A DNA stretch of 63,839 nt, counting the filler, from Kipferlia bialata (taxonomy: Eukaryota), in the NCBI GenBank assembly GCA_003568945.1. It is 5 parts of 5 records of this genome, joined end to end, with 100 filler letters (N's around TTAATTAATTAA, not from the genome) between each part and the next. Parts side by side here need not be neighbours in the genome. Positions count along the whole stretch, not along the records: positions 33,337 to 49,884 come from BDIP01000594.1; positions 49,985 to 60,323 come from BDIP01000607.1; 3 more parts are not named here. The stretch is one strand, 5' to 3'. Shown here piece by piece: positions 39,542-52,486 of this stretch. The notes below the pieces were generated by a model. That model had not been told where the DNA came from and did not search any database. It saw only the letters and a list, made by a program, of their open reading frames with translations. The position numbers were made by a program, and so were the translations under genes. Position 1 is the stretch's first letter; each line of letters begins with the position of its first letter.

Positions 39542-42119
39542 GACATGCAGGGTGGCGTCTGAACCCGAAATGAGGAAGAGATATTAATATATATCTAGAG
39601 AGAGAGAGAGAGAGAGAGAGAGTCATAGACATGCAGGGTGGCATCTGAACCCGAAGTGAGGAAAAGACATATATATATATATATACACAGAGAGATAGAG
39701 AGAGAGAGAGACCCGGCACTGTGTCTATGCAAGGTGGCAGGGGTCTGATACATACACATATGGATCCATATATATATGGAGATATATATATATACCTGCC
39801 ACTGTGGTGCATAGTCTCCCAATAATATATGTGTATATACATATATATCATATCAATATATATAATGATATATATATATTTACATATAGTGAGAGCGAGA
39901 GAGAGACAGTCTTGTACCTGCCACTGTTGTGCATAGTCTCCCAATGATGTATGGGCCGATTGGCACAAGGGTGGAGGGGGGCTGGTGGTAAGTGTATATA
40001 TGTTCAAGTATATAATACATATGTCTATATGGAGATGAGAGAGAGAGAGAGAGAGATGGGCACTAGGGTTGAGGGGCCTGGGGCTTAATTACTGTATACT
40101 CATGGGAAGAGAGAGAAAGACAGAGAAAGAAAGACAGAGTGAGATATATTAGTGATTCCGTATTTACGGTGGGCAAGTCAATGTATACTCATATACATGG
40201 AGAGAGAGAGAGAGAGATACCTGGTGGGCAAAGGGACCAGTTGTGGCTAGCTGGGTGACACCATTCCTAGGGTCAGTCAATTCCTTATTCACGTACTATA
40301 TCTTGAATACATATGTGTACACATACCTACTGCTGTACAGCCAGTGTGACACTCCCTTTCGGTCACTCTCTAGGAACAGGTGCATGGAGTCCTCACAGAC
40401 ACACACCTAGGGGTCAGATACATACACTTCAACAGTGCATACTCATATATGGTAACATGTATTAGTATACAAATATGACAGAGAGAACAGGTGCATGGAG
40501 TCACCACAGACACAGACCTAACTGTCAGAGGTGTGTATATATAGGCAGGGTTTTTATACGTATAACACAGTATACTCTAGGAACAGGTGGATGGAGTCAC
40601 CACATACCCATACCTAGGGGTAAGACATATATATGGATACATAGACACACACTTAAGAATACTTCTACAAGTACTACTTAGACGGATAACTCTGTGGTCG
40701 CGAGACATGTATTATTATATACAAATAATAGCGAACGAGAGACTCTCGTGTTGAGTGGCTAGTGAGCGCACGTAACCAACTGATATGGCAACTGGCTATT
40801 ATACTGCTATCAATGGCCGTACCGAGCATACTCTCGTGTTGAGTGGGAGTGCCATGTCTGCCTTGGTCCAGCGGTGCGTGTCGGGGTCCATGCACCAGAC
40901 CTGATGGTTAGATGTATATACTATATATACTATATGACACATATATGTACAGTATGTATGTCATAGAGTATGTGTTGTGCCACAGTGCACCACACCTGGT
41001 TGTTAGATACGCAAACTACATATATACATCCATATATTTCGTTGTATACATATACTATAGTGACTAACCTCTGTCTGTTCCTTGTCGCTATAGGCAGTCT
41101 CCTTAAGCTTGCCGAATACCCAGAGCTGGGGTAAGGAATCCAATATGATAGTATTCATACGTACTAAAATATATACAAATACAGTATAATACTATGCATA
41201 TATATATATGCCAAAGACCCAGAGCTGGGGGTAAAGGACACACATACATGGATGGAGGCAAGAGACGCAGAGACGTGTCTCCATATTGTGTGTCACATAC
41301 ATATATGTACACACATTTACTACTAGATATACCTAATCCTCGTACTATGCCACCTTGACACCAATGTATAGATCAATAGTACATGCATATTTACAAACAG
41401 TACAAAATAGTATATATACCTATATATATATATATATATAGAAAGAGATAGGGAGATAGATAGAGAGAGAGAGAGAGATAGTATACCTTGTCATCAAACG
41501 CTGCCCCCTTGACACCTATCTGTTCATATAGTATGTTGCAGTATATTGTATGTATGTAACCACAGTATATATGGATGAACACACACCTTGTCCTCGAAAT
41601 CTTCCACCTTGATCCCCAGGTCACTCATGGCTGGTGGCCACAGACCCTTGTCCAGATCACCCTCTGCTAGTGTCAGGTATATAAGTATACTCCTATGATC
41701 TAGCGTATACATACACATCAATGTTTAATGTGGCAGATATGAGTGGTAGTATGTACACTATATATATATATACATATACACTATGGATGCACCACCTGGT
41801 ACCACCTCCGCCCGAGAGTGTATTATTAATATATGTATACACTCGATATATGTATATATTCTCTCTATATACATATAGTACCATATATGCCTCACCTGGT
41901 ACCACCTCCTGCCACTCACCAAGGGCCAGGTCATACTCTATATATACATACATACATATATACTCTAGATCATATATATATATATATATAGATATATATA
42001 TATACTACATATATACACTACACCCCTCACCTGGTACCACCTCCTGCCACTCACCAAGGGCCAGGTCATATGATAGAAGGGCATTCCTGAGTTAGATCAT
42101 GGTATATATATATGTATGG

Positions 42120-42153
<34 letters not shown>

Positions 42154-45100
42154 CAGAGACAGAGAGAGAGGGCCAGGTCATATGATAGAAGGGCATTCCT
42201 GAAGATAAGGAGGAGTTAGGTAGAGATATATACATTCCTGTGTGTAAGGACAAGGAGATATATATATAGAGATAGACAGATAGTGAGTGCGATAGAGCGC
42301 TATTCTCAGGCCGTATCCTGATACTTACACTATTTTAAACTAATGAAGCGAGGGAGAGAGGGGGAGAGTCCTTACATCTCCAATACATATATATATATAC
42401 ATACATATATATATAGAGAGAGAGACTGCTTGCCTTATGACATCTCTGGGGTTGTATGTTGGCACCATCCCATTGGGCCCAGATCTGAAGCCCCTGACAC
42501 CCCTCTCCTCATCTGACTTGGACATGTCCTCGACCTCGGGTTAGTATACATATATATGTATGGTTGTACACAGTAGACATAGACATACCATATGTATATA
42601 TATGAATATAGATCTAGTAAATACAAATATGCAGCATAGCACTACACCGCTAACCTTCCCTCCAAACACATAGACCCTCCCACAGCATAGTACAATATGG
42701 GGGATACATATGTGTAGAGTAGTATATATGTTGGATATGGTTATATGGTGTACCTTCCCTCCAAACACATAGACCCTCCCACAGCAGTGGACGCCCTCGA
42801 GACCCACCGCCTGAGTGTCAGTGTCATATATAGATATACACATAGCTATATAGTATCTGTATCATATACATACATATATATACACTAGTCATATACCCAC
42901 TAGTGCAAGCCCTCTAGACCTGGGTGTCAGTGTCATACATAGGTATATATATGAAAATTGTGTAGATTGAATATTAATACAGTATAATACCAGTATCATA
43001 TATATATATATCTAGTCTAGTGCACGCCCTCGCCACCTAGTGCCTGAGTGTCAGTATATATATATGTATGTATACATATGTGTATATGTATACATATACT
43101 GCCCAGTCTCTGACTCAGGCCGGTATGCACGGGTATATCCAATTGTATATATATGTATATACATAGTATATTACACCTGACACAGACCAGGGTGCACAGG
43201 GATAGGGTCACAGTGCAGCATGCGGTGGGTAGGGGTACTAGAGCCTATACTGGTGAGGGAGACGATGCCTACTGCCTAGAGTGAGTGAAGAGGGTAGGGG
43301 GTGAGACCGTACTGATCTGGGGGGACACTCATCAGTTTTAAATCGAAGTATGTAGAGGGAAGGATAGAGGAAAAGAGAGTGAGAAGTTACCTGAAGTGGC
43401 TCGTCAGTGTGCATAAGGGGTGAAGGGAGAGGCAGAGAGAGAGAGAGAGAGAGAGTACTGACCTGCGCTGGCTCGACCGGGTCAGTGGGTCTCTGGAACT
43501 CCTTGGGTCTGGGGGCCTAAGGTAAGTAACCCTTGTATATATATTTTATAGATAGTAAATGACTTACTAAATTACTCTATGTATAATACATTACCCTAGT
43601 AACCATGAACAGTGACCCATCAAGGAGTGCACACACCACAGGCGTCAGTGATATTATAATTATTCTATATACAAATGTATTACACTATACAGTTCTATAT
43701 ACAGTATATATAGTATAGTATATGTACCCTTCTAACCATGAATATACTACCGTCAGGCAGTGCACACAGCACAGGTGTCAGTGATACTATTGTATCTTAC
43801 TATAAAGCAAGTACTAAGTATAGTGTTGATTGTCTATATAGTATATATACTCTTTGTGTACCCTGGTAACCATGAAGAGTGACCCGTCAGGGAGTGCACA
43901 CAGCACAGGGGTGAGTGAGTGGTTGATGACTGGGTCACAGTCAGAGAAGGTGGCATGGGTGTCGATGATGTGAGAGACCCAGTTCGCCTAAGTTAGTAGG
44001 GTATGGATATATACATAGAGAGAGAGAGAGATACTATCTGAGATTGACGTATGGGATGTATGTATATATATGTATATATATATGAGACCCACTAAGCCTA
44101 ACATGCTAGTATCTCTCTATGCGATATAATGGAAGACAGAGTCCCTAACGTAGTATACCTATACAGTTAACGTAGTATACCTATACAGTTAAAAGAGTAT
44201 AAGGGTGTCTAACTGGTGTACCGTATAGTACAGTGGATATAGTACATAGTATAACGTCAACTGTGTCTAACCTGCTGTGTAGCGTTGGCTCCCGCTGCCT
44301 TGCACTGCTCCTCGTGGTTCCCTCTCTCTCCCTCTCCCTTTACCTCTCCCTCTGTCTCTGCAGCGGCACCGTCTCCATGCACCAGGTGGTAACCCACACC
44401 CTCTTCCGCCTAGCGTGAGGTGTAATAAAGAGTTAGTATGAAGGTAAAGGCATATATATATATATATGCCTATTAATTATACCCTGCTAAGGTACCATAT
44501 AGTGATACATATACATTGATAGTCTGTACAGTGATACCTCATACAGGGCATAGCACCTGCACCCCTCTAATGCAGTACTATATAGAAGAAACACTTAGTA
44601 TTATATACTATACATACATGCTAGTAGATACATATATATATATATATATATATAGATAGATAGATATAGTGATACCTCATACAGGGCATAGCACCTGCAC
44701 CCCTTTGTCGCACACTCTAGCCTGTCGGGGCCTGGGTTAGTATATATATATATGTATATATGTATATACTCTATATATACACAACATACACTATATGTGT
44801 ACTATATACGTATCACTCTGTGGCACACTCTAGCCTGTCGGTACCTGGGTTAGTGTGATATTCAATATTCATATGTACAACATATACTATATGTGTACTA
44901 TATATGTACTTATCTTATGCACACTATAGCCTGTCTGTGCCTGGGTTGGTATATATAATAAAAGATATATATGTACTATAGTATATCTCTACACCATATG
45001 TTTACAATACCGTAAGTATATATGAATACATTGAATGCAGATCATATATGTGGGTGGGTTAGTATGTATATGTATACATTGTGCTCCAGTGAGCAACCAA

Positions 45101-45388
45101 TACTAACATAATAAGAATACATACATTTATATACACAGACAAACACAGATCTACACTACTAATATTGAACATAAATGTATAATCGTAACTCAACAATATA
45201 TCTCCTACCTTCAGGTCTCCAGTCTGAGCCTGATCTCTCGTACATGGCACACACCAGGGCATGCAGGGTGGGATAACGGTAATTGTACAACTAGGGTTAA
45301 TTATCATAGAGAAAGAGAGAGAGAGAGAGAGAGAATACCAGTGCATGCAGGGTGGGGTAGAGGGGGCCATATAACTAGTGGTAAGGGG

Positions 45389-45419
<31 letters not shown>

Positions 45420-46075
45420 CAGTCATACACCTGAGATAAGACAGTGAGAGTGGTCCACCTTCTGTGTAGGCTGACCCCAAAAGAATATACACACGCTTAT
45501 ATATATGTGTACGTATACTCCTCTCTAGGTACGCAGATAGATACAAAGAAGACATGGTGGAGTAATTGTATATCATACATCGACCCACCCCCTCTGCCAG
45601 ACCAGACACCTCTCTCGGCACCACTGTCTGCTGACGGGTAGCGGCGGCATCCATGTCCCTACTATTAAGTATAATACATAAGTAACACAAACAATAAAGA
45701 ACTAATACATATATATAGAAATAGTGCAATAATCATACACTATACTATTCTCCTGACGGGCAGCGGCGGCATCCATGTCCCTATCACTTAGCTATTAAGT
45801 GTAAATATTTGTATATATATTACATTAAGTATCCAAATAACAAGTATTAGACGGGCAGCGGCCTCCTGCATATCCCTACCATAAAGTATATCTTTTAAAG
45901 ATTTATCATATAGTATCTATATATACGTATTCCTAATATTTAATACTATATATATATATATTATTATTAAATGTATTTACTGAGTATTCATAATGACAAT
46001 TGCAACTCTACAACACAACACATAGATACCGGTACCTCTGCATGTCCATGTTGCGCTGCATTAACTGCTGGATAC

Positions 46076-46106
<31 letters not shown>

Positions 46107-46473
46107 CCTATATATATATATACATATACCTATTGCGCTGCATTAACTGCTCGAGCTCAAGCATCTGGGCCTGGATACCGGCATCAAACGCTGCATCACT
46201 CACACCGCCAAAGAAGTCATCCCCGCCGCCCATGCCCTCTCTCTCTCTCTCTCCCTCACTGAAGCTGTCGCTCTCACTCCCGTCTCTCAGACCTGGCTCA
46301 CATGGCCAGCCGGAGAACTGGGTAAAGCCCTCTCTCTCTCTCTCGCCTCCATCGCGCCAGGCTCTGAACCCACCCTCCTCTGCCTCCATGGCTTCCATGT
46401 CGAATAGGACGTCCTGAAGATCAGTATATATACAGGATTACATTTAAATATACACGAGTATATACTATATTAT

Positions 46474-46510
<37 letters not shown>

Positions 46511-49370
46511 GATACACAAATATATTTGTCATACCTCACCCATATCCATTTCTCCAAAGGCCGCGTCACAGGCATGGTCCATGATCTCTCCTAGAGTATC
46601 AATCACACAGTATCGACAATAATTGATACATGGTAATATGGTAGTTTATATACTATATATTGTTAATAATAGTAGTATAAATATGGAAGCATCACAGGCT
46701 TGGTTACTATACTATATATAGCATTAAAGTACCATAAGATAAACCACAAGATAGTCCATCTTCATTAAGATGGCTAGATTAGGCATCAGGTGTGTACAAT
46801 ACATGTGAATGGTTCCAAGACAAAGTATAATATATTCCTGTATATGGGATCTACCTATGAGTGCAGTGTCGACAGAGCTTACTATATATATGAAAATATA
46901 CACATTCTATGACATATACCTATGTGCTATGTAGAACATTCATGAATGAGATAGTATATTTACACATGATACGCACCTATGAGTGCTGTGTCGACAGAGC
47001 TGGGGGGTAGCTTGTACCGAGTCTCAACCTGATGGGTTAGGATGGACAATGGATACGTATGAATATATATATATATCTGTAGAGAGAGAGAGAGAGAGGA
47101 CCTCAACCTGATGGATCAGAGGGAATATACCAACATATACATATCTGTGTGTTTGCATATATATATATATATATATACTCATTACGATAGTACAATTTTA
47201 CTCGACATGCGAGCCTGAACCTGATGCATCAGTAGAATATCTATTACTATGCGATTATAGAGATACTATTATAGAGATATTATTATGAGAATAGAGAGAG
47301 AGAGAGAGAGAGAGCTAAGGTCCCAACTTGACGTTTCAGAGGGACTCATAAAGACAAGCAACCACAGATGATACTATAATACCTAGCTTGAATGAAGAAT
47401 AGACGATTATTACAGATAAGACAGATAACACATCATATAGTATATATACAGTACCTCACGGATCAGAGGCTCTACATCCATCTCGATGTCTTCCTCATCC
47501 TCGTCAGCAATGGCAGCCATGCCTGGTTGTTAGTATATTGTACACATATATATACGTGTGTGTATGTATATATATATAGACAGGTAGGAGTACACGTGTC
47601 ATCCTCGTCACCCACAACAATGGCAGCCATGCCTGGCAGTTAGTACACAGCCTAGTTAACTAATGGTACATGAACGTATGTATACATATGTTTGACATCA
47701 ATGGCAGCCATGCCTGTGCGTTAGTGTACTGTCGTCATACACACAAATATATATATACATATACATAAATATATATACCTCTGAGCTGCAGTGTGAGACC
47801 CTCCCTGAGACAGGTGAACAAGTCAGTCTTGAACTGGTCCAGGCCTAGGGTTATCTGTACACTATACTGTATACATGTCAATATACTGAGCTATTCAAAA
47901 CTTGCTATATACTGGTCCAGGCCTGGGGTTGTATATAACTAGCAATAAATAAACACTAAGCAATTCATACTAAGCTATTCACTGGTCCAGACCTAGGGTT
48001 ACTATACACACAAGATGAGTTGATATACTAGTATACATACGGATTTACATGTATATATATATTGAATATATATATACCTGCTGCCACGTCAGCCTCCCAT
48101 ATATGCACAAACATACAGTCAGGTACACATATATATACATATATACATATATACATATGTACCTGCTGCCTCCCCTGCCTCTGGGTCACCCTTACATATA
48201 TACATAAACATACATATATATATACATATATATACATATATACATAAATATTCATATATATATATATATACCTGATGCCTCTGATCCCTCCCCTGCCTCT
48301 GGGTCAGCCTGCCAGTCCCTGAACTGGGGTGGGTATATACGATACTGAGTATAGATATGTATAGTATAGATATAATATGATAGAGAGAATACACGCTGCC
48401 AGTCCCTGAACAGGGATGAGTGCAGATATCATGCATATATAGTATATATATATAGAGAGAGAGATGATATGTATTATATATATATATGTAGAGAGAGATG
48501 TTACTTATTACATAAAGCCAGTCCCTGAACTGGGTGAGATGAAGAGTGGATACATATATATACAATATATAGATATATAGATAGAGAGAGAGAGTGTAGA
48601 GTGATATATATGTGAAGATAGTAGGAGAGATGGGGAGAGATGGAGAGATGGAGAGACAGAGAGGATGAGAAAGAGAGAAATACAAGGGAAATGATCGGTG
48701 TGGGAGGGGGGAATAATAATGAGTATATACAAAATAGAGAGAGACAGCGAAACACATGGGGAATGCACACATATAGAGATTAAGAGAGAGAGTGTGTGAA
48801 AGAGAGAGAGTGAGAGAGAGAGTGGGATATCAGATCAGCACACAAGATGGAGAGAGAAAACCTACCTATTGGATTATTACATGTGGAGAGAGAGAGAGAG
48901 AGAGAGAGTGAGTGAGTGTACGCAGAGGGAGATAGTGCAAGAGAGAGAGGTACCTTGGTCAGAAACCGACATATGGCAAAGACACTACCATATCAATATC
49001 AGCCAATATATGTACACAGAGAGAGAGTAAAGAGAGACAGACAGAGGGAGAGAGAGAGAGTTAGGTAAGTGCACCTTGGTCAGGTGGCGACATGGCATAG
49101 ACCCCAGGCACCATGAACAATATTAATGTCTGAATATACATGGAGAGAGAGAGAGAGAGACAGAGAGAGAGTGTGTGTTAGATGCACCTTGGTCAGATGC
49201 CTACACATGGCATAGACACCAGGCACCATCTCACCCATTAGGTCGACTTCGTAGTCCTCCATATCCTCATCACTCTCTCTCTCTCTCTCTCCCTCCTCAT
49301 CACTTTCCGTGGGAGGTCTCTTGGGGTCGGTTGGTACCACCGGAGCAGTCATCAAGAGGAGGGGATGCAT
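37959..49370 (-). CDS. Multi-exon protein with acidic N-terminal region and C-terminal Kelch-type beta-propeller repeats (possibly more than one gene; 3' end approximate)
   Basis: Start [10 protein letters not shown] at 49370. Kelch-like exons [45 protein letters not shown]; late exons [15 protein letters not shown]. Dense exon echoes in the introns. Confidence 0.6.
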
Positions 49371-49883
49371 AGTCTGAAGATCCTCTGACGAAGCGGTTGA
49401 AACGAGACAGATTACACCAAGCAAGTCACGATTCGTGACTCACGAATAAATATATACTATTACAAGGTATGTATCAAGCACTTAAACTAATCGCCACTGC
49501 GACACAAACCTTCTACTACATGGTTTATACAGTGTTCCACACTTCATATCTTTGACTCTATTGCTAAATGGAACACACATGTTGTCCCCCCCTTCCTACT
49601 TAGAGAACAGAGAGTCTCGCATTCACTCACATATAGCTAGGACCGATGATCTGGCCTTTCCTTGACTGTCTCTGACTAGAGGAGTAAGCCGGACCCCCCT
49701 TGACCATCATGCCCACTGTGTCCATACCCTCTGTGCATGTAGGCACCTCAGTGACAGAGACCACAGAGAGAGAGAGAGAGGACTGCCTAGGGCAGAGGCC
49801 ACAGAGGGTAGGTGGGTGTAGGGAAGAGAGAGAATCTTTTTATTCCTCTCTCGAGCTGAACCCTTTTTCATATTCGCTCAATG

Positions 49884-49983
49884 GNNNNNNNNNNNNNNNN
49901 NNNNNNNNNNNNNNNNNNNNNNNNNNNNTTAATTAATTAANNNNNNNNNNNNNNNNNNNNNNNNNNNNNNNNNNNNNNNNNNN
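49884..49983. other. Artificial contig linker
   Basis: N-run + TTAATTAATTAA + N-run. Confidence 0.98.
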
Positions 49984-50053
49984 NTTTTTTATTTTTTTTA
50001 TCCCCCCCCCCCCCCCCCCCCCCCTCCCCCCTTTCCCTTTCCCTCACCCCCAG

Positions 50054-50933
50054 GGTCCTTGCCCAGCTCCAGTCCATGCGTGAGGACGAGGACACGCCCA
50101 CCTCCCTCATGCCCCAGATGCTCTATGACACAGCGTACCAGCTGGGCAGGCTGGCTGCCTCCACCCTCGGCTCCATCCCACTCTACGGGTCAAAGCTAGA
50201 CGTCAGGGCCGCCCAGCTACAGGGTGTGTATCTCATGTCTATTGTGCGTTGTCCCTATTTCCCTCTATCTCCTAACCCCAGGCGAGGCCTACCACGCCAT
50301 GGGCAAGTGCTGCTTCCACTCGGGGACAGACTTCAGCGAGGGCGAGGACAGTGACCTGCACCAGGCCATAGCAGCCCACATGATACAGGTATCATCATCT
50401 GTATCTATATATATATATGTGTGTGTATATGTATACTGATACTGATACAGGCGGTTGAGCACCTGAAGCGCGTGCCTAACCCCTCCCACACCACCATGCT
50501 GCTCAAGATTGAGGCACAGACCCACATCGGTATGCACTACATGTATATATATGAGTTTATAGTTCGCTTATTGTTAGGCATGGCGTACATTGCCATGGAC
50601 GAGATAGAGGGTGCCAAGCTGTGGCTGGATGCAGTGAGGGAGGGTGCCGACCAGTACGCCACCCAGCTCAACGAGGCAAAGCCCAGGCTCATCTTTGGCC
50701 GCAAGAGGCAGAGACAGGAGTGCGAGGAGGCCCAGGACATGCTGTCCAGCCTGGAGCAGAGCCTTGACATGCTGGCCGACATGACTGTGTCCAACAGCAG
50801 TGCCCTCAGAGAGTGTGGGGAGGAGGGAGAGGCAGAGACTGAAGAGCAGGAAGAGGGAGAGGCAGAGGCAGAGGCAGAGGAGGAGGAGGAGGAGGCTCCT
50901 GCCGGTCCTGACGCTAAGAGGTCTCAGAACTGA
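50054..50933 (+). CDS. 3' part of a helical TPR-like protein with acidic tail (NASP/Sim3-like histone chaperone is one possibility)
   Basis: Four short-intron exons: AYHAMGKCCF, EAQTHIGMAYIAMDEIEGAKLWL, a coiled helix, a poly-E tail and KRSQN*. Confidence 0.45.
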
Positions 50934-51290
50934 GTGTCACCGTGTATAGATTCATTATAACAGATACCCATTTTTGATCCATGTTAGCGTTGTGTGTAGA
51001 CAGTTGGTAATTATTGATTGATACTCGAGGCCAACAGCCAAAGATACAAACAATCTATTGCGAGGTATCAACATATCAGTATATGGATACAAGTGTCACT
51101 CCAGTGTACACAGACACACGACGAGTGAGTAGGTGTCCACGACCCTAGGCCATGGCGCGGTAAACAAGACAGCAAGACAGAAACATACGGGAGACAACAG
51201 TACACTGGGACAATCACCCCTGGTGCACATAGAGGGACAGAATAGGTACCCCCTAGCAGACTACTACTACTAAGCCTAGTAGCAGCACCC

Positions 51291-52454
51291 TCACTGAAGG
51301 AATGGGAGGTTCGTCCTGGCAACCGGCCTCAGGCCCAGCGACGTCTGGGGCCTCTCCTCCTCGTCCATGGGGTGGTAGGCAGAGGACGGCCGGGCAGACA
51401 CACCCCGAGGCTTGGCGCTCTTGAGACGTCTGACGGTACGCTGTGCAGAGTAGAGCTCGCGTCTGAGCCCCTCTGTCTCTGACAGCACTGCCCGTCTGAT
51501 ACTCTGTCCCTGCACCCCCTTGACCGCTGTGCCGCTCTGCTGTAGGGCCGCCAGTCTGGCCGCAGTCTCCTCCGCCCTGGCCACCGCGTCTCTCTTGACC
51601 CTTCTCTCCTGCTGCAGGGCGGATGTCAGTTCGGCTATGCGCTGGCTCAGCTTGTGCTGCTCGAGGTCAGCTATCCGCTCCTGCTGGTCGAGTGCCCGCC
51701 TCAGCTGAGTACCCTCACTCCTGCTCTTGTGTAAGGCCTCTAGCATCCTGGCAGAGTCAAGCTGGGCAGAGGCGTTGAGGTCTCCCAGGTGCTGGGATAC
51801 GTTGGTCAGCACTCTGCTCTTCCTGCCCTTCCACTGGAGAAGGTTGTCGCGCTGCCTGCCAAACTTGCTCAACTTCTGTCTGAGTGCTGCTGTCTCCACC
51901 TCGCTCTTGGACAGGGCCTCCTGGGTCTGGGAAAGCTGGTTGCGCAGGATGTCCTCAGAGGCCATCTGGGGTGAGGGGGAAACAGAGAATACATCAATAG
52001 CAACAGTGGAATTATGACTGGAATACATGTTCACACCCTGCCTCACCTGCTGCGCCCTGACTTGTCTGAGCATGGCTGTCTTTCTCTCCATCTGGCTGGT
52101 GAGGGACTCCACCTGCTCTCCCAGTCTGGACTGCAAGGAAGAGATGCGCATCTGACCAAACACTCTAGGGGTCAGGGTTATACAATGTTACAGTAGGGAA
52201 TATAGTGTGTGTGTATATAAGGACTACACCCACCTAGCCTTCCTTGTCAGTCTGCACTGTGTCTCCAATGCTGTCCTTAGCTGCATAGCCTCATCGTCCA
52301 ATGTCACAAAGCGTCTCAGGGCAGACTTGACACTCTCCAGCTGCTGCTTGTCTGCCAACTTGTTGAGGGCGTCCTTCCTGGCCTCATGCAGGGTGGAACG
52401 GACAGCCTGGCCGTGCTCCTCCCTGGGGTGAGAGAGAGATGGGGAATATATATG

Positions 52455-52486
<32 letters not shown>

